In this document: piece by piece, positions 48,571 through 58,407 of the stretch | Layout: every line of letters starts with the position of its first letter | Numbering within the stretch: position 1 is the first letter of the stretch | Assembly: GCA_947494115.1 (NCBI GenBank) | Contig: CANLTT010000001.1 | Coordinates: 192 to 64,191 of the forward strand | Direction: 5' to 3' | From: Candidatus Caenarcanales bacterium | GTDB taxonomy: Bacteria > Cyanobacteriota > Vampirovibrionia > Caenarcaniphilales > Caenarcanaceae | Length of the DNA stretch: 64,000 nucleotides | Position numbers and translations under genes: made by a program | The notes under the pieces: model-generated | Told to the model about the DNA's origin: nothing | The model's input: only the letters and a program-made list of their open reading frames with translations | Databases searched by the model: none

Positions 48571-49386
48571 ATGCTCTGGGCAACCGAAAAATATAAAAAT
48601 ACGGCCTTAAGTTTTAAGGTCAAAGACATTCTTTTTAAGCAAAAGTCTCACTATCAATTGGTTGAAATTCTTGAAACAAATGATTGGGGAAAAATGCTTA
48701 TGCTCGATGGCTTAATGATGGTTACCGAGAAAGATGAATTTTTCTATCATGAATCTATTACCCATTTGCCTATGGCTTTAAGACCGAAGGCCGAAAATGT
48801 TCTGGTGATTGGCGGTGGCGATGGCGGAACTTTGCGAGAATTGGCCAAATATCCTAGTCTTAAAAAACTAAATATTGTTGAAATTGACGAATTAGTGATT
48901 GAGGCCAGCCGCAAATATTTGCCTTTTGTTGGTTGCGGTTTTGATGATCCTCGTGTTGAGGTTACAGTGCAAGATGCGGCTGAATATATTAAAACAAGCC
49001 AAAATGCTTTTGATTTAATTATTGCTGATTCTTCTGATCCTGAAGGCTTTGCCGCTGTTTTGATTGAAGAAGATTTTTATGAAATGATCAAAAAAAGCCT
49101 AAAGCCAGATGGCCTTTATATTGCACAAAGTGGTTCTCCGCTCTCACAGCCCGAAGAATTAAAAACAACTTGGAAAAATTTAAACCGTATTTTCCCTTAT
49201 ACCGAAATTGCATGGTCTTTAACCCCAACTTATCCGGGTGCGTGGTGGAGTTTTGTGATTGCAAGCCAGTCCCCAATAAAAAACCAGCTTTCATCATTTT
49301 GCCCAGACAATTGCAAATTCTGGACTCCGGCCTTATTAGAAGCAATGCTTAGCAAACCAAATTATATTCAAAAGCTTTTGGGCTAA
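48571..49386 (+). CDS. speE: Spermidine synthase
   Basis: Contains VLVIGGGDGGTLRE, IVEIDELV and DSSDP. Confidence 0.85.
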   Translation: MLWATEKYKNTALSFKVKDILFKQKSHYQLVEILETNDWGKMLMLDGLMMVTEKDEFFYHESITHLPMALRPKAENVLVIGGGDGGTLRELAKYPSLKKLNIVEIDELVIEASRKYLPFVGCGFDDPRVEVTVQDAAEYIKTSQNAFDLIIADSSDPEGFAAVLIEEDFYEMIKKSLKPDGLYIAQSGSPLSQPEELKTTWKNLNRIFPYTEIAWSLTPTYPGAWWSFVIASQSPIKNQLSSFCPDNCKFWTPALLEAMLSKPNYIQKLLG

Positions 49387-49423
49387 ATAGACCTCTTGCA
49401 AAATAATACAGCCTCACCCCCAA

Positions 49424-49461
49424 CCCCTCTCCACAAGCAGAGAGGGGAGTTTTTATTTTTT
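49424..49461 (+). terminator. Rho-independent terminator downstream of speE
   Basis: An 8-bp GC stem (cccctctc/gagagggg) with an 8-nt loop, followed by agtttttatttttt. Confidence 0.6.
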
Positions 49462-49658
49462 CTGGAAACCGCTAGCTCCTGTTAAGAGGGCGGGGGGAGT
49501 ACACTTTGCGAAATTCCATAAAAAAAGTCCTCTCTTAATGAGGTGTTTCACGTTTTTATAATTTATTTCGCAAGAGGTCTAATATATATAAAAACAAATT
49601 ATTAATAAGCCTTTTACTTAAACTTCAGCTAAGCTCTGACTTAAGAAGAGGTATTTAA

Positions 49659-50792
49659 ATGAAAATTGCTCAAATTGCGCCATTATACGAAAGCGTTCCG
49701 CCCAAATTATATGGTGGCACCGAACGCGTCGTTTCTTATTTAACCGAAGAATTAATTAAACAAGGCCATCAAGTTACTTTATTTGCGAGCGGTGATTCTC
49801 AAACATCAGCTGAATTGTCTGCCATGGTGCCAGAGGCTTTGCGATTATGCCCAAACTGCATTGATCCCTTAGCACACCATATTCGGGCAATTGAGCTGAT
49901 TTACCGCAGAGCGCATGAATTTGATATTATACATTCGCATATCGATTATTTAAGTTTTCCGCTTGCAAGGCTTTCTCAAACGCCAACAATTACAACTTTG
50001 CATGGTCGCCTTGATATTGCCGACTTACAACCCTTGTATTCAGAATTTAGTGAAAGACCACTGGTTTCAATTTCGGATTCACAAAGAAAACCTTTAAAAT
50101 CTGTTAATTGGCTTAAAACGGTTTATCATGGTTTGCCAACTGATTTACATAATTTCTACCCGACAGCTGGCTCTTATTTAGCATTTTTGGGTCGTACTTC
50201 GCCAGAAAAAGGCTTAGACAAAGCCATCAAAATAGCCAAAGATTTTGGAATGCCTTTAAAAATAGCCGCCAAAATAGACAAAGTAGACCAAGAATATTAT
50301 GAAACCGTTTTAAAGCCTTTAATTGACAATGAGCCTTTGATTGAATTTATAGGCGAAGTGGGCGGTTCGGTTAAAGATGAATTTTTAGGAAAGGCATATG
50401 CTTTGGTTTTTCCGATTAATTGGCCAGAGCCTTTTGGTTTGGTAATGATTGAAGCCATGGCTTGCGGAACTCCAGTAATTGCTTTTAATTGCGGTTCTGT
50501 ATCAGAGATTATTAAAAATGGACAAAATGGTTTTATTGTAAAAAATGAAGAAGAAGCTTTGCAAGCCCTTAAACAAATACCTAATTTAAGCCGCAAAGCT
50601 TGCCGAGAATATTTTGAACAACATTTTTCCGCTAGCAAAATGGCGCAAAACTATTTAGAACTTTATGAAAAATTAATAAAAACAAAATATCCAAACAATG
50701 TCTCATCTGGTCAATTTAAAAAGACAGAGCCAAAACCTCCCCTAGAACTTATTGCTGGGTCAATTGAAAACAAACTAATAGAAAATATATGA
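49659..50792 (+). CDS. Glycosyltransferase family 4 (GT-B, group 1)
   Basis: The N-terminal GT4 motif (IAPLYESVPPKLYGGTERVVSYLTEELIKQGHQVTLFA) and a C-terminal EPFGLVMIEAMACGTPVIA. Confidence 0.8.
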   Translation: MKIAQIAPLYESVPPKLYGGTERVVSYLTEELIKQGHQVTLFASGDSQTSAELSAMVPEALRLCPNCIDPLAHHIRAIELIYRRAHEFDIIHSHIDYLSFPLARLSQTPTITTLHGRLDIADLQPLYSEFSERPLVSISDSQRKPLKSVNWLKTVYHGLPTDLHNFYPTAGSYLAFLGRTSPEKGLDKAIKIAKDFGMPLKIAAKIDKVDQEYYETVLKPLIDNEPLIEFIGEVGGSVKDEFLGKAYALVFPINWPEPFGLVMIEAMACGTPVIAFNCGSVSEIIKNGQNGFIVKNEEEALQALKQIPNLSRKACREYFEQHFSASKMAQNYLELYEKLIKTKYPNNVSSGQFKKTEPKPPLELIAGSIENKLIENI

Positions 50793-53017
50793 CAATTCTA
50801 AAAGACATAATTGAGTTTGAAAATCAATATTATATTTTGGCCACCTCATCCTTGGCGGAAAGTCGTGGACAAATTTTAAAGAATAATGATACCTTTGCGA
50901 TTTTTGACCGTTACGGAGACATTAATCCATATGGCGGCACTGGTGAACAAGGTTTGTATCATGAGGGAACTCGTTATTTGAATTATTTGCAATTATTTTT
51001 ATCCGCTTTTAGAGAAGAGGAAGGTCGAGATAATAGAAATTCAGCTTTTTTGGAGCGTACACGTAAAAGACCTTTATTATTAAGCTCATCAGTACAGGCG
51101 AATAATTTGTTTTTGGCGGTCAATTTGGCTAATCCAGATTTTTCTAATGACCATCAAATCGTACTCTCTCGAGATAATTTGCATATTAGTAATACAACTT
51201 TTTTATGGAATGCCGCTTTATATCGTAAACTAAGATTAAAAAACTATGATATAAACCCCTTAAAGCTTGAATTAGTGATTGAATATAGAGCTGACTTTAA
51301 AGATATTTTTGAAATTAGAGGCTTGCCAAGAGCTAATCGAGGGAATTATCAAGAGCCAATTATTAAGCAAAATGAAATTATACTTGGTTATACTGGCCTA
51401 GACAATGTTCTAAGACAAACACATCTTTGTTTTGAGCCAAGACCAAATATTTTAAACTTAAAGCAAATTAGTTTTCAGCTTGACATTCAGCCTCAAGAAG
51501 AAAAAAATATTTATCTAAGCATATTTTGTGATAGTTCCGAAAACCAAATCAAAGAAAGACTAAATTACAATTTGGCTTTAAAAGCTCAACAAGAGGTTGT
51601 GTCTAAAATAATACCCGAAATTTATACTTCTAATGAACAGTTTAATGATTGGGTTAATAGGTCCGTGGCCGATTTAGAGATGATACTTACCGAAACCCCT
51701 TTTGGACAATATCCATATGCTGGCGTTCCATGGTTTAGTACGGCCTTTGGTAGAGATGGTTTGATTACGGCTTTTGAATGCCTTTGGCTACAACCCGATA
51801 TTGCTAAAGCGGTTTTGGCCTTTTTGGCGCATTATCAAGCTCAAAGCAATATTCCTGAAAAAGATGCCGAAATTGGCAAAATACTGCATGAAATGCGCAA
51901 AGGCGAAATGGCCAATTTAAAAGAAATTCCTTTTGGGCTTTATTATGGCAGTATCGATTCAACTCCGCTTTTTATGGTTTTGGCTAGTGCTTATTATGAG
52001 CGAACTGGCGATTTAGAATTTATAAAAACTATTTGGCCAAATTTGCAAAAAGCTTTAGATTGGCTGGAAAGCTATAAAAATGATTTTGTGCATTATTCTA
52101 AACAAGCGGCTGACGGTTTAATTCAGCAAGGTTGGAAAGATTCGCACGATTCAATTTTTAAAGAAGATGGAATTACAATTAAAGGCTCAATCGCTCTTTG
52201 TGAGGTTCAAGGTTATGCATATGCGGCTAAAAAAGGCATGGCAAAATTGGCTCTAGAATTGGGTGAAGAAAATTTAGCGCAAAACTTAAATAAATCCGCT
52301 GAAGAATTTAAGGTTAAATTTGAAAAAGCCTTTTGGTTACCAGATTTAAACACATATGCTTTGGCTTTAGATGAAAATGGTGAACCTTGCAAAATTATAA
52401 GTTCTAATGCTGGGCATGTTTTGATGGCTGGTTTAGCTGAGCCAGAACGAGCCATCAAATTGGCAGAAACTCTATTCAGTCAATCTTCTTTTTCGGGCTG
52501 GGGCATTCGTACGCTGGCTAGTGGTCAGGTCAAATACAATCCAATGTCTTATCATAATGGTTCGGTTTGGCCGCATGATAATGCTTTAATTGCATATGGT
52601 TTGTCTAAGTATAACTTTAAACCGCAAACCGCTCTTCTATTGCAAGGTTTATTTGAAGCTTCTATTTCTATGGAATTGCACCGTTTGCCAGAATTATTTT
52701 GTGGTTTTAGTAAAGTTTCAGGCCAAGCTCCAACTTTATATCCAGTGGCTTGTTCTCCTCAGGCTTGGGCAACGGGAGCTGTATTTTTATTATTACAATC
52801 TTGCTTGGGCATAACCTTTAATTGCCGCCAAGACAAAATTCCGCAAATTATATTTTCAAGGCCACTTTTGCCAGAATTCTTGCCAGAGGTCAAAATCACG
52901 AATTTAACAATTGGCACAGCTTCTTTAGATTTGCTTTTGCACAGGCATTCAGAGCAAGATGTGGGTATTAATATTTTAAAAAGGGTCGGCGAAATTGAAG
53001 TTATAATCCTGAAATAA
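50789..53017 (+). CDS. Amylo-alpha-1,6-glucosidase (GDE_C) family protein, glycogen-debranching-like
   Basis: An (alpha/alpha)6-barrel glycoside hydrolase with GDE_C-like motifs (VPWFSTAFGRDGLI, SIDSTPLF, HNGSVWPHDN). It overlaps GT4 by 4 bp. Confidence 0.75.
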   Translation: MTILKDIIEFENQYYILATSSLAESRGQILKNNDTFAIFDRYGDINPYGGTGEQGLYHEGTRYLNYLQLFLSAFREEEGRDNRNSAFLERTRKRPLLLSSSVQANNLFLAVNLANPDFSNDHQIVLSRDNLHISNTTFLWNAALYRKLRLKNYDINPLKLELVIEYRADFKDIFEIRGLPRANRGNYQEPIIKQNEIILGYTGLDNVLRQTHLCFEPRPNILNLKQISFQLDIQPQEEKNIYLSIFCDSSENQIKERLNYNLALKAQQEVVSKIIPEIYTSNEQFNDWVNRSVADLEMILTETPFGQYPYAGVPWFSTAFGRDGLITAFECLWLQPDIAKAVLAFLAHYQAQSNIPEKDAEIGKILHEMRKGEMANLKEIPFGLYYGSIDSTPLFMVLASAYYERTGDLEFIKTIWPNLQKALDWLESYKNDFVHYSKQAADGLIQQGWKDSHDSIFKEDGITIKGSIALCEVQGYAYAAKKGMAKLALELGEENLAQNLNKSAEEFKVKFEKAFWLPDLNTYALALDENGEPCKIISSNAGHVLMAGLAEPERAIKLAETLFSQSSFSGWGIRTLASGQVKYNPMSYHNGSVWPHDNALIAYGLSKYNFKPQTALLLQGLFEASISMELHRLPELFCGFSKVSGQAPTLYPVACSPQAWATGAVFLLLQSCLGITFNCRQDKIPQIIFSRPLLPEFLPEVKITNLTIGTASLDLLLHRHSEQDVGINILKRVGEIEVIILK

Positions 53018-53052
53018 AATTTAAAAAGCCTATTAATATATTTTTTATAAAT
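53009..53052. repeat. Left copy of a 44-bp direct repeat (ctgaaataaaatttaaaaagcctattaatatattttttataaa) flanking the mcrBC-dcm island
   Basis: Identical to 57338-57382 apart from a 1-nt T-run indel. It begins in the last two codons of the GDE-family gene. Confidence 0.85.
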
Positions 53053-53240
53053 AAACTGGATTGAATATTTATACACTTAGAATTATATTCACCTGTCAGA
53101 GCCTTTTAGCATTACTCCAGACGAGTTTGAATTGAAGGTTTTCAAGATTTTTTAGTTTTAATTTTGTGCAATCTTGAGTACAATTACAAACAATGTGTTT
53201 TATTAGTATTCATTGTTCCCTCTAAAGAAAATGATAAAGA

Positions 53241-54839
53241 ATGAAATTTATAAGTACGCAGATAATAAAAGAGGCATATTTCGAACTGACAAATATTGAA
53301 GTCAAGAACGCAAGTATTTTTCATATTTTTCTTATTCTCAAAGGTTGCGGTATAAATGATATTACATATAAACCAGTCGAACTGATCACTGAAAAAGGTT
53401 ATTCCATTGCAAGTGATTTAAGCCTTTTATTTTCTTATTTTGAACAAAAGCCTGAAAAATACGATTTTATAAATCCCTTTTCAATGAAGACATGGGGGGC
53501 ACAAGCACCATCAGAAAATTTAAAGAAATGGGTGTCTTCAAGAATTAAAAACAACATCGTTGGCGGTGCAACAACTTGGCGAAAAATAATCAGGGAAGAC
53601 ATTTACAACAATAAAATAAAGTTTGCTAATAATTATGTCGAAGAAATTAAAAGCTTAACAATACCTAGCAATAAAATTAAGTTGTGGCCATTGGTTATTT
53701 GGTACAACCGTTTTATTAAATTTGAACGCTCTTATAGTCCTAATGAATTAATTCAAGGTTTTATTAAAGAGTTGAATATTACAGAATGCGAATTAGGAGG
53801 TTTATTCGACAAATCTGTTGTTATTGATATGAAATTTTCTGCGGAAGAGGTTAATATGGAAGAAATTAGAAATCTTATAGGCTCGCCTCCAAATACAACA
53901 AGTGAAATATGGAATAAATCAAAAGTTATCACAATCTTAGAGCCTCAATTATATTACCAATATAAAAATACAATTATGAATAATCAAAGCAATGTTTCAA
54001 TAGAAAAAATTCTTAAACTACTAAAAGATAACTTTCAAATTATTTTATCAGGACCTCCTGGTACTTCAAAATCTTATATTGCTGATATTGTTTCAAATAA
54101 GTTAATTGGGAAAGATAATTCAGACTCAATCTTGAAAATTCAGTTTCATCCTCAATATTCTTATCAAGATTTTATTGGTGGATTTATTGTTAATGGCGAT
54201 AGAGTAGAAACAAATAGGGGAGTATTTTTGAGATTCTTAGATAGAGTAAAAAGTTCTGGTAATAGAAATTTTGTTTTGATTATTGACGAGATTAATCGAG
54301 CAAATGTTGGAAGTGTTTTGGGCGAACTAATTCAATGCTTGGATAGAAATTATATGCTGAGTACACTAATAGCGGGGAAGCAAGAATTGCTGAATATACC
54401 CAAGAACCTATTTATAATAGCTACAATGAATACATCTGACAGAACTCTTGGTTCAATTGATTTTGCATTAAGAAGAAGATTTGTAGATATTTACATTGCA
54501 CCAAATGAAAGTGTTTTAACTGACACGACAAAAACGGAGAGTGGTATTTCATTAGCTGATTTATTGAAAAAAATAAATACACAATTGAAAAATACACTTA
54601 GGAATAATGAACTTGTAATTGGACAAACCGTTTTTTATAACGAAACAGTTAAATCAGGTGAGTTATATCAGTGGAATAATGAAAACCTAGAAGATTTATT
54701 TAATTATAAAATACTATCCATGGTCGAAGATTATTGTAATAGAGAAATAAATAAAATAAATGAGGTTGTTGGAGATAAGTTATCAGGACGATTAACTGGA
54801 GTTGCTTTCGTTAATGCTTTATCAGAATATATTGCATGA
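53241..54839 (+). CDS. mcrB: McrB-like GTP-dependent restriction subunit (AAA+ motor with a divergent N-terminal domain)
   Basis: McrB GTPase motifs are present: IILSGPPGTSKSYIA, LIIDEINRANVGSVLGELI and LFIIATMNTSDRTLGSIDFALRRRF. The first 250 or so aa form an unassigned domain. Confidence 0.8.
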   Translation: MKFISTQIIKEAYFELTNIEVKNASIFHIFLILKGCGINDITYKPVELITEKGYSIASDLSLLFSYFEQKPEKYDFINPFSMKTWGAQAPSENLKKWVSSRIKNNIVGGATTWRKIIREDIYNNKIKFANNYVEEIKSLTIPSNKIKLWPLVIWYNRFIKFERSYSPNELIQGFIKELNITECELGGLFDKSVVIDMKFSAEEVNMEEIRNLIGSPPNTTSEIWNKSKVITILEPQLYYQYKNTIMNNQSNVSIEKILKLLKDNFQIILSGPPGTSKSYIADIVSNKLIGKDNSDSILKIQFHPQYSYQDFIGGFIVNGDRVETNRGVFLRFLDRVKSSGNRNFVLIIDEINRANVGSVLGELIQCLDRNYMLSTLIAGKQELLNIPKNLFIIATMNTSDRTLGSIDFALRRRFVDIYIAPNESVLTDTTKTESGISLADLLKKINTQLKNTLRNNELVIGQTVFYNETVKSGELYQWNNENLEDLFNYKILSMVEDYCNREINKINEVVGDKLSGRLTGVAFVNALSEYIA

Positions 54840-56062
54840 AAATTTTAGAAATATTTGAAAATGAATCTATTTCTTTAGATGATGAAGATGCTAAAAGTCT
54901 TTTTCAGATAAAAAGTCAATCTCCCAATTTGCCATTTTCAATTCTTGACAATAAATTAGTCGCAGAAGACTATACAATAGGTGAAATACAACTAAAAAAT
55001 AAATTAATTAGAATCAAACCAAGACATAAAGTTTTGAGTTTAAATCATTATTTTGAAATGCTTTTGTATATTGATAAACTAAATTATAATTCAATAAAAT
55101 CGGTCTCATACTCGAATGAAGCATCGTTTGGTGTCAATGGGTTAATTGAAAATTTCATTACAATTTGCTTTGATTTATTAAGCTATGGTCTAACAGGATT
55201 ATTTACTACTAAAAAAATCAAAAGTTTTAAGCCAAAAGGAAAAATTGTCTTTTCAGAATTTAATAAAAAACTAATTCCAATTGAAGGTGTTCCATCATTA
55301 ATTGAAGATTATAAAATAGATAATTGTGGAAATCAAATTATTAAAACAGCGATACTTAAAATACAAGAATATATCCGACTAAGTAAAGATAATCACTTTG
55401 CAATTTTAAAGCTTTTGAGTCATTTTGAAAATGTAAACTCTTACAATAAAGATTATATAAATTTAAAATCAGAGGTACTTAATTTTTGTTCAAGCAACCC
55501 TTATTATCCTATTGCTTTAGAATATTCATTGAAAATCATCCTCGACTTCAAATTAGGCTATTCTTCAGAAGGTGGTATTCAATGGAATGCTTTTTTAGAA
55601 AATTCAAATGACACCTTTGAAAAATATATTCGTGAAATTTTAGAGCGGGAAATGGAAAATAAAATATGTAAATGGAACAAACCAAAAAAATTTGCTGAAA
55701 TCAACTGGAATAAAGAATCAGGTCAAAAAGCATTCTCTCCCGATATTATTGTAGATTTTATTGATGGAAAAGCTAGAGCTGTATTTGATATTAAAAATAA
55801 ATACTTTTCACCAGTTGAAACGAATCCAAGTGAACTCGCAAGTGTAGCCGATATTTATCAATTATTATTTTATTCTAATCAACTAAAGACAGATATTTGT
55901 GGCTTGATCTATCCATCAGGTAGCTTTTATGAGCCTATTCCCTTGAATATTATGGGAGTAGATATTAAATTTTTTCTACTCTCAATAAATATGAACGCTA
56001 ATTTTGAACAAAGAAAAAAATATTTTTTAGATAGTGTAAAATATTGTCTAAAGTATACTTAA
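54836..56062 (+). CDS. mcrC: McrC-like nuclease subunit (PD-(D/E)xK)
   Basis: Overlaps mcrB by 4 bp. The C-terminal region carries SPDIIVDF...AVFDIKNKY, a PD...(D/E)xK arrangement. Confidence 0.65.
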   Translation: MKILEIFENESISLDDEDAKSLFQIKSQSPNLPFSILDNKLVAEDYTIGEIQLKNKLIRIKPRHKVLSLNHYFEMLLYIDKLNYNSIKSVSYSNEASFGVNGLIENFITICFDLLSYGLTGLFTTKKIKSFKPKGKIVFSEFNKKLIPIEGVPSLIEDYKIDNCGNQIIKTAILKIQEYIRLSKDNHFAILKLLSHFENVNSYNKDYINLKSEVLNFCSSNPYYPIALEYSLKIILDFKLGYSSEGGIQWNAFLENSNDTFEKYIREILEREMENKICKWNKPKKFAEINWNKESGQKAFSPDIIVDFIDGKARAVFDIKNKYFSPVETNPSELASVADIYQLLFYSNQLKTDICGLIYPSGSFYEPIPLNIMGVDIKFFLLSINMNANFEQRKKYFLDSVKYCLKYT

Positions 56063-56070
56063 AAAACTAG

Positions 56071-57129
56071 ATGAAGTATAAGTTTATCGATTTATTCTGT
56101 GGCATTGGAGGTTTTCGTCAAGCCTTTGATGAACTAGATTGTGAATGTGTATTTTCTTCAGATATTGATAAGTACGCAAATATAACATACGAAGCAAATT
56201 TTGGACAAATGCCTCACGGAGACATTACACAAATCGCTGAATCTGCTATACCACAATTTGACATTTTGTTAGCAGGTTTTCCATGTCAACCTTTTAGTTA
56301 TTCTGGTCGAAATGAGGGCTTCGAAGATAAAACAAGAGGAACTTTATTTTTTGATATTGTTAGAATTATAAAACATCATAAACCTAAAATGTTTTTATTA
56401 GAGAATGTTAAAGGTTTAAAATCACACAATTCTGGAGAAACACTTAGAACAATTGAAGAAACATTGATTAAATTAGGATATCATGTTAGTTGGAGTATAA
56501 TTGATAGTTTAAAATTTGGAGTACCTCAGAAAAGAGAAAGATGGTACTGTGTCGGCTTTGATAAAGAAATTGAATTTGAATTTCCAAAAGGAAAAAATAT
56601 TATTCCAAAATTGAAGGATATAATTTCTGACGAATACAATCACGATGAAAGTTTAAAACTAACTGATTTTGAGATTTCTAGAATAGATTATCATTTTGAG
56701 TCAAAAGAAATTAGAGTTAAGCACGATAACTCAAAATATGCTCCAAATACTAAAAAAGGGAAGAATGGTATTTACTCTTTCCAAAAAGCAGATGGCTCTT
56801 TAAGATTTCATGTTGGTGATGTGGCTAAAACACAAATCCAAGAAGCTTTTTACTCATGTTTAGATACATATGCATGTACAATTATTGCGAATCGAACACC
56901 AAAGTTATGGGATTTAAAAAGAAAACTTTCAGTTAGGGAAGCAGCAAGGCTGCAAGGTTTTCCTGATGATTTTATTTTCCCTGTCTCAAAAAACCAAGCA
57001 TACAAACAATTAGGTAATTCGGTGGTTGTGCCAGTAATTAAAGCTATAGGAGAAAAAATGTTAAATAGTTATCAAAACGAGAGAAAAACTTCTAATCTTT
57101 TCTCTCAAATATCAATGGCATTTAGATGA
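56071..57129 (+). CDS. dcm: DNA (cytosine-5)-methyltransferase
   Basis: C5-MTase motifs I (FIDLFCGIGGF), IV (GFPCQPFSYSG), VI (ENVKGL) and X (QLGNSVVVPV). Confidence 0.9.
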   Translation: MKYKFIDLFCGIGGFRQAFDELDCECVFSSDIDKYANITYEANFGQMPHGDITQIAESAIPQFDILLAGFPCQPFSYSGRNEGFEDKTRGTLFFDIVRIIKHHKPKMFLLENVKGLKSHNSGETLRTIEETLIKLGYHVSWSIIDSLKFGVPQKRERWYCVGFDKEIEFEFPKGKNIIPKLKDIISDEYNHDESLKLTDFEISRIDYHFESKEIRVKHDNSKYAPNTKKGKNGIYSFQKADGSLRFHVGDVAKTQIQEAFYSCLDTYACTIIANRTPKLWDLKRKLSVREAARLQGFPDDFIFPVSKNQAYKQLGNSVVVPVIKAIGEKMLNSYQNERKTSNLFSQISMAFR

Positions 57130-57337
57130 TTCTTCAAACAGATTATTTTTAGTTTTAATAGACCGTAAAGATTTTGATAATTCATGAAAATTAAAAAGAA
57201 ACTTAAATTTACTAAAACCTTCAATTAATGAATATTTAGATCGCTTTGCTTTGAAAAATATTAGTGATATGAAAATAGAATTTGAATATAAAGGTAAGAA
57301 TAATAAATTTACAGCTCTCTCTGATATATTATTTGTG

Positions 57338-57382
57338 CTGAAATAAAATTTAAAAAGCCTATTAATATATTTTTTTATAAAG
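57338..57382. repeat. Right copy of the 44-bp direct repeat flanking the mcrBC-dcm island
   Basis: See the left copy at 53009-53052. Confidence 0.85.
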
Positions 57383-57404
57383 GTTTTTTCGCTTTAATTA
57401 ATCT

Positions 57405-58388
57405 ATGATTACGGAAAAATATGATTTATTGATTATTGGAGCTGGCCTTTGCGGTTTGGCGGTTGGCAAAGGTTTAACTCGGTCAAGTGTAAATTTCAAA
57501 ATTGTCGAAAAATCACAAGCTTTTGGTGGAAGAGCCTCTACAAGACGTTTATTTGGTCAGCCTATTGATCACGGTGCGCAGTATTTTACAATTAGTAATC
57601 CAAAGTTTTTAGATTGGATTGAAGAACTTGAAGAAGAAGATATTGTCAGACCGTGGGTTAATCGGTTGCATATTTGGAATGGGCAAAAATTTTATTTAGA
57701 AGACAAGCCTTTAACCCGCTATATATGCCCCGAAGGAATGACCGTTATGTCTAAAAAATTGGCAAGTGTTCTTCCAGTCTCTCGAGAGCTTAAAATTACT
57801 AAAGCTAGTTTTAAAAACAATTTATGGCATTTGTCTACCAATGAGCTTAGAGAAATATATGCCGACAAAATAATTTGCACTGCACCTTTGCCGCAAAGCC
57901 TAGAATTATTTGAAAACTATCTTGAAGAAAGCCAAAAAGAAAAACTTAAAAATATTATTTATGATGCTTGTTTATGCGGCATTTTTGTTTATCCTTTGGC
58001 TTTAAAACCGTTCTGGAAGGGCATTTTTTGGAATAATGGAAATATTATTTCTTGGTTGGCTAATGATTCTTCTAAAAGAGATGAACCAACTAATACCGTC
58101 TTAATTGCTCATTGCAAGCCAGATTTTTCGAGACAATATTTTGAGACAGCCGAAAATAAAGTTTTAAATTTAATTTTAGAAGAATTGTCTCAGGCCATAC
58201 CAGAACTAGACGGCAAACCGCAAGAAATGCAATTAAAAAAATGGCTTTATGCCCAACCTCAAAATTTATTAGGACAAAGCTATTTAAAAGTAAATGAAAA
58301 CTTATATTTAACTGGCGATTGGTGCTTGAATCCTCGCATGGAAGGAGCTTTTTTGACTGGCCTAAACTTAGCTGAGCAAATATTTTAA
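57405..58388 (+). CDS. NAD(P)/FAD-dependent oxidoreductase (amine-oxidase/renalase-like)
   Basis: Has an N-terminal FAD motif (YDLLIIGAGLCGLAVG...VEKSQAFGGRAST) and a C-terminal GDW...EGAFLTG. Confidence 0.6.
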   Translation: MITEKYDLLIIGAGLCGLAVGKGLTRSSVNFKIVEKSQAFGGRASTRRLFGQPIDHGAQYFTISNPKFLDWIEELEEEDIVRPWVNRLHIWNGQKFYLEDKPLTRYICPEGMTVMSKKLASVLPVSRELKITKASFKNNLWHLSTNELREIYADKIICTAPLPQSLELFENYLEESQKEKLKNIIYDACLCGIFVYPLALKPFWKGIFWNNGNIISWLANDSSKRDEPTNTVLIAHCKPDFSRQYFETAENKVLNLILEELSQAIPELDGKPQEMQLKKWLYAQPQNLLGQSYLKVNENLYLTGDWCLNPRMEGAFLTGLNLAEQIF

Positions 58389-58407
58389 AACCAAAAAACA
58401 ACCCAAT

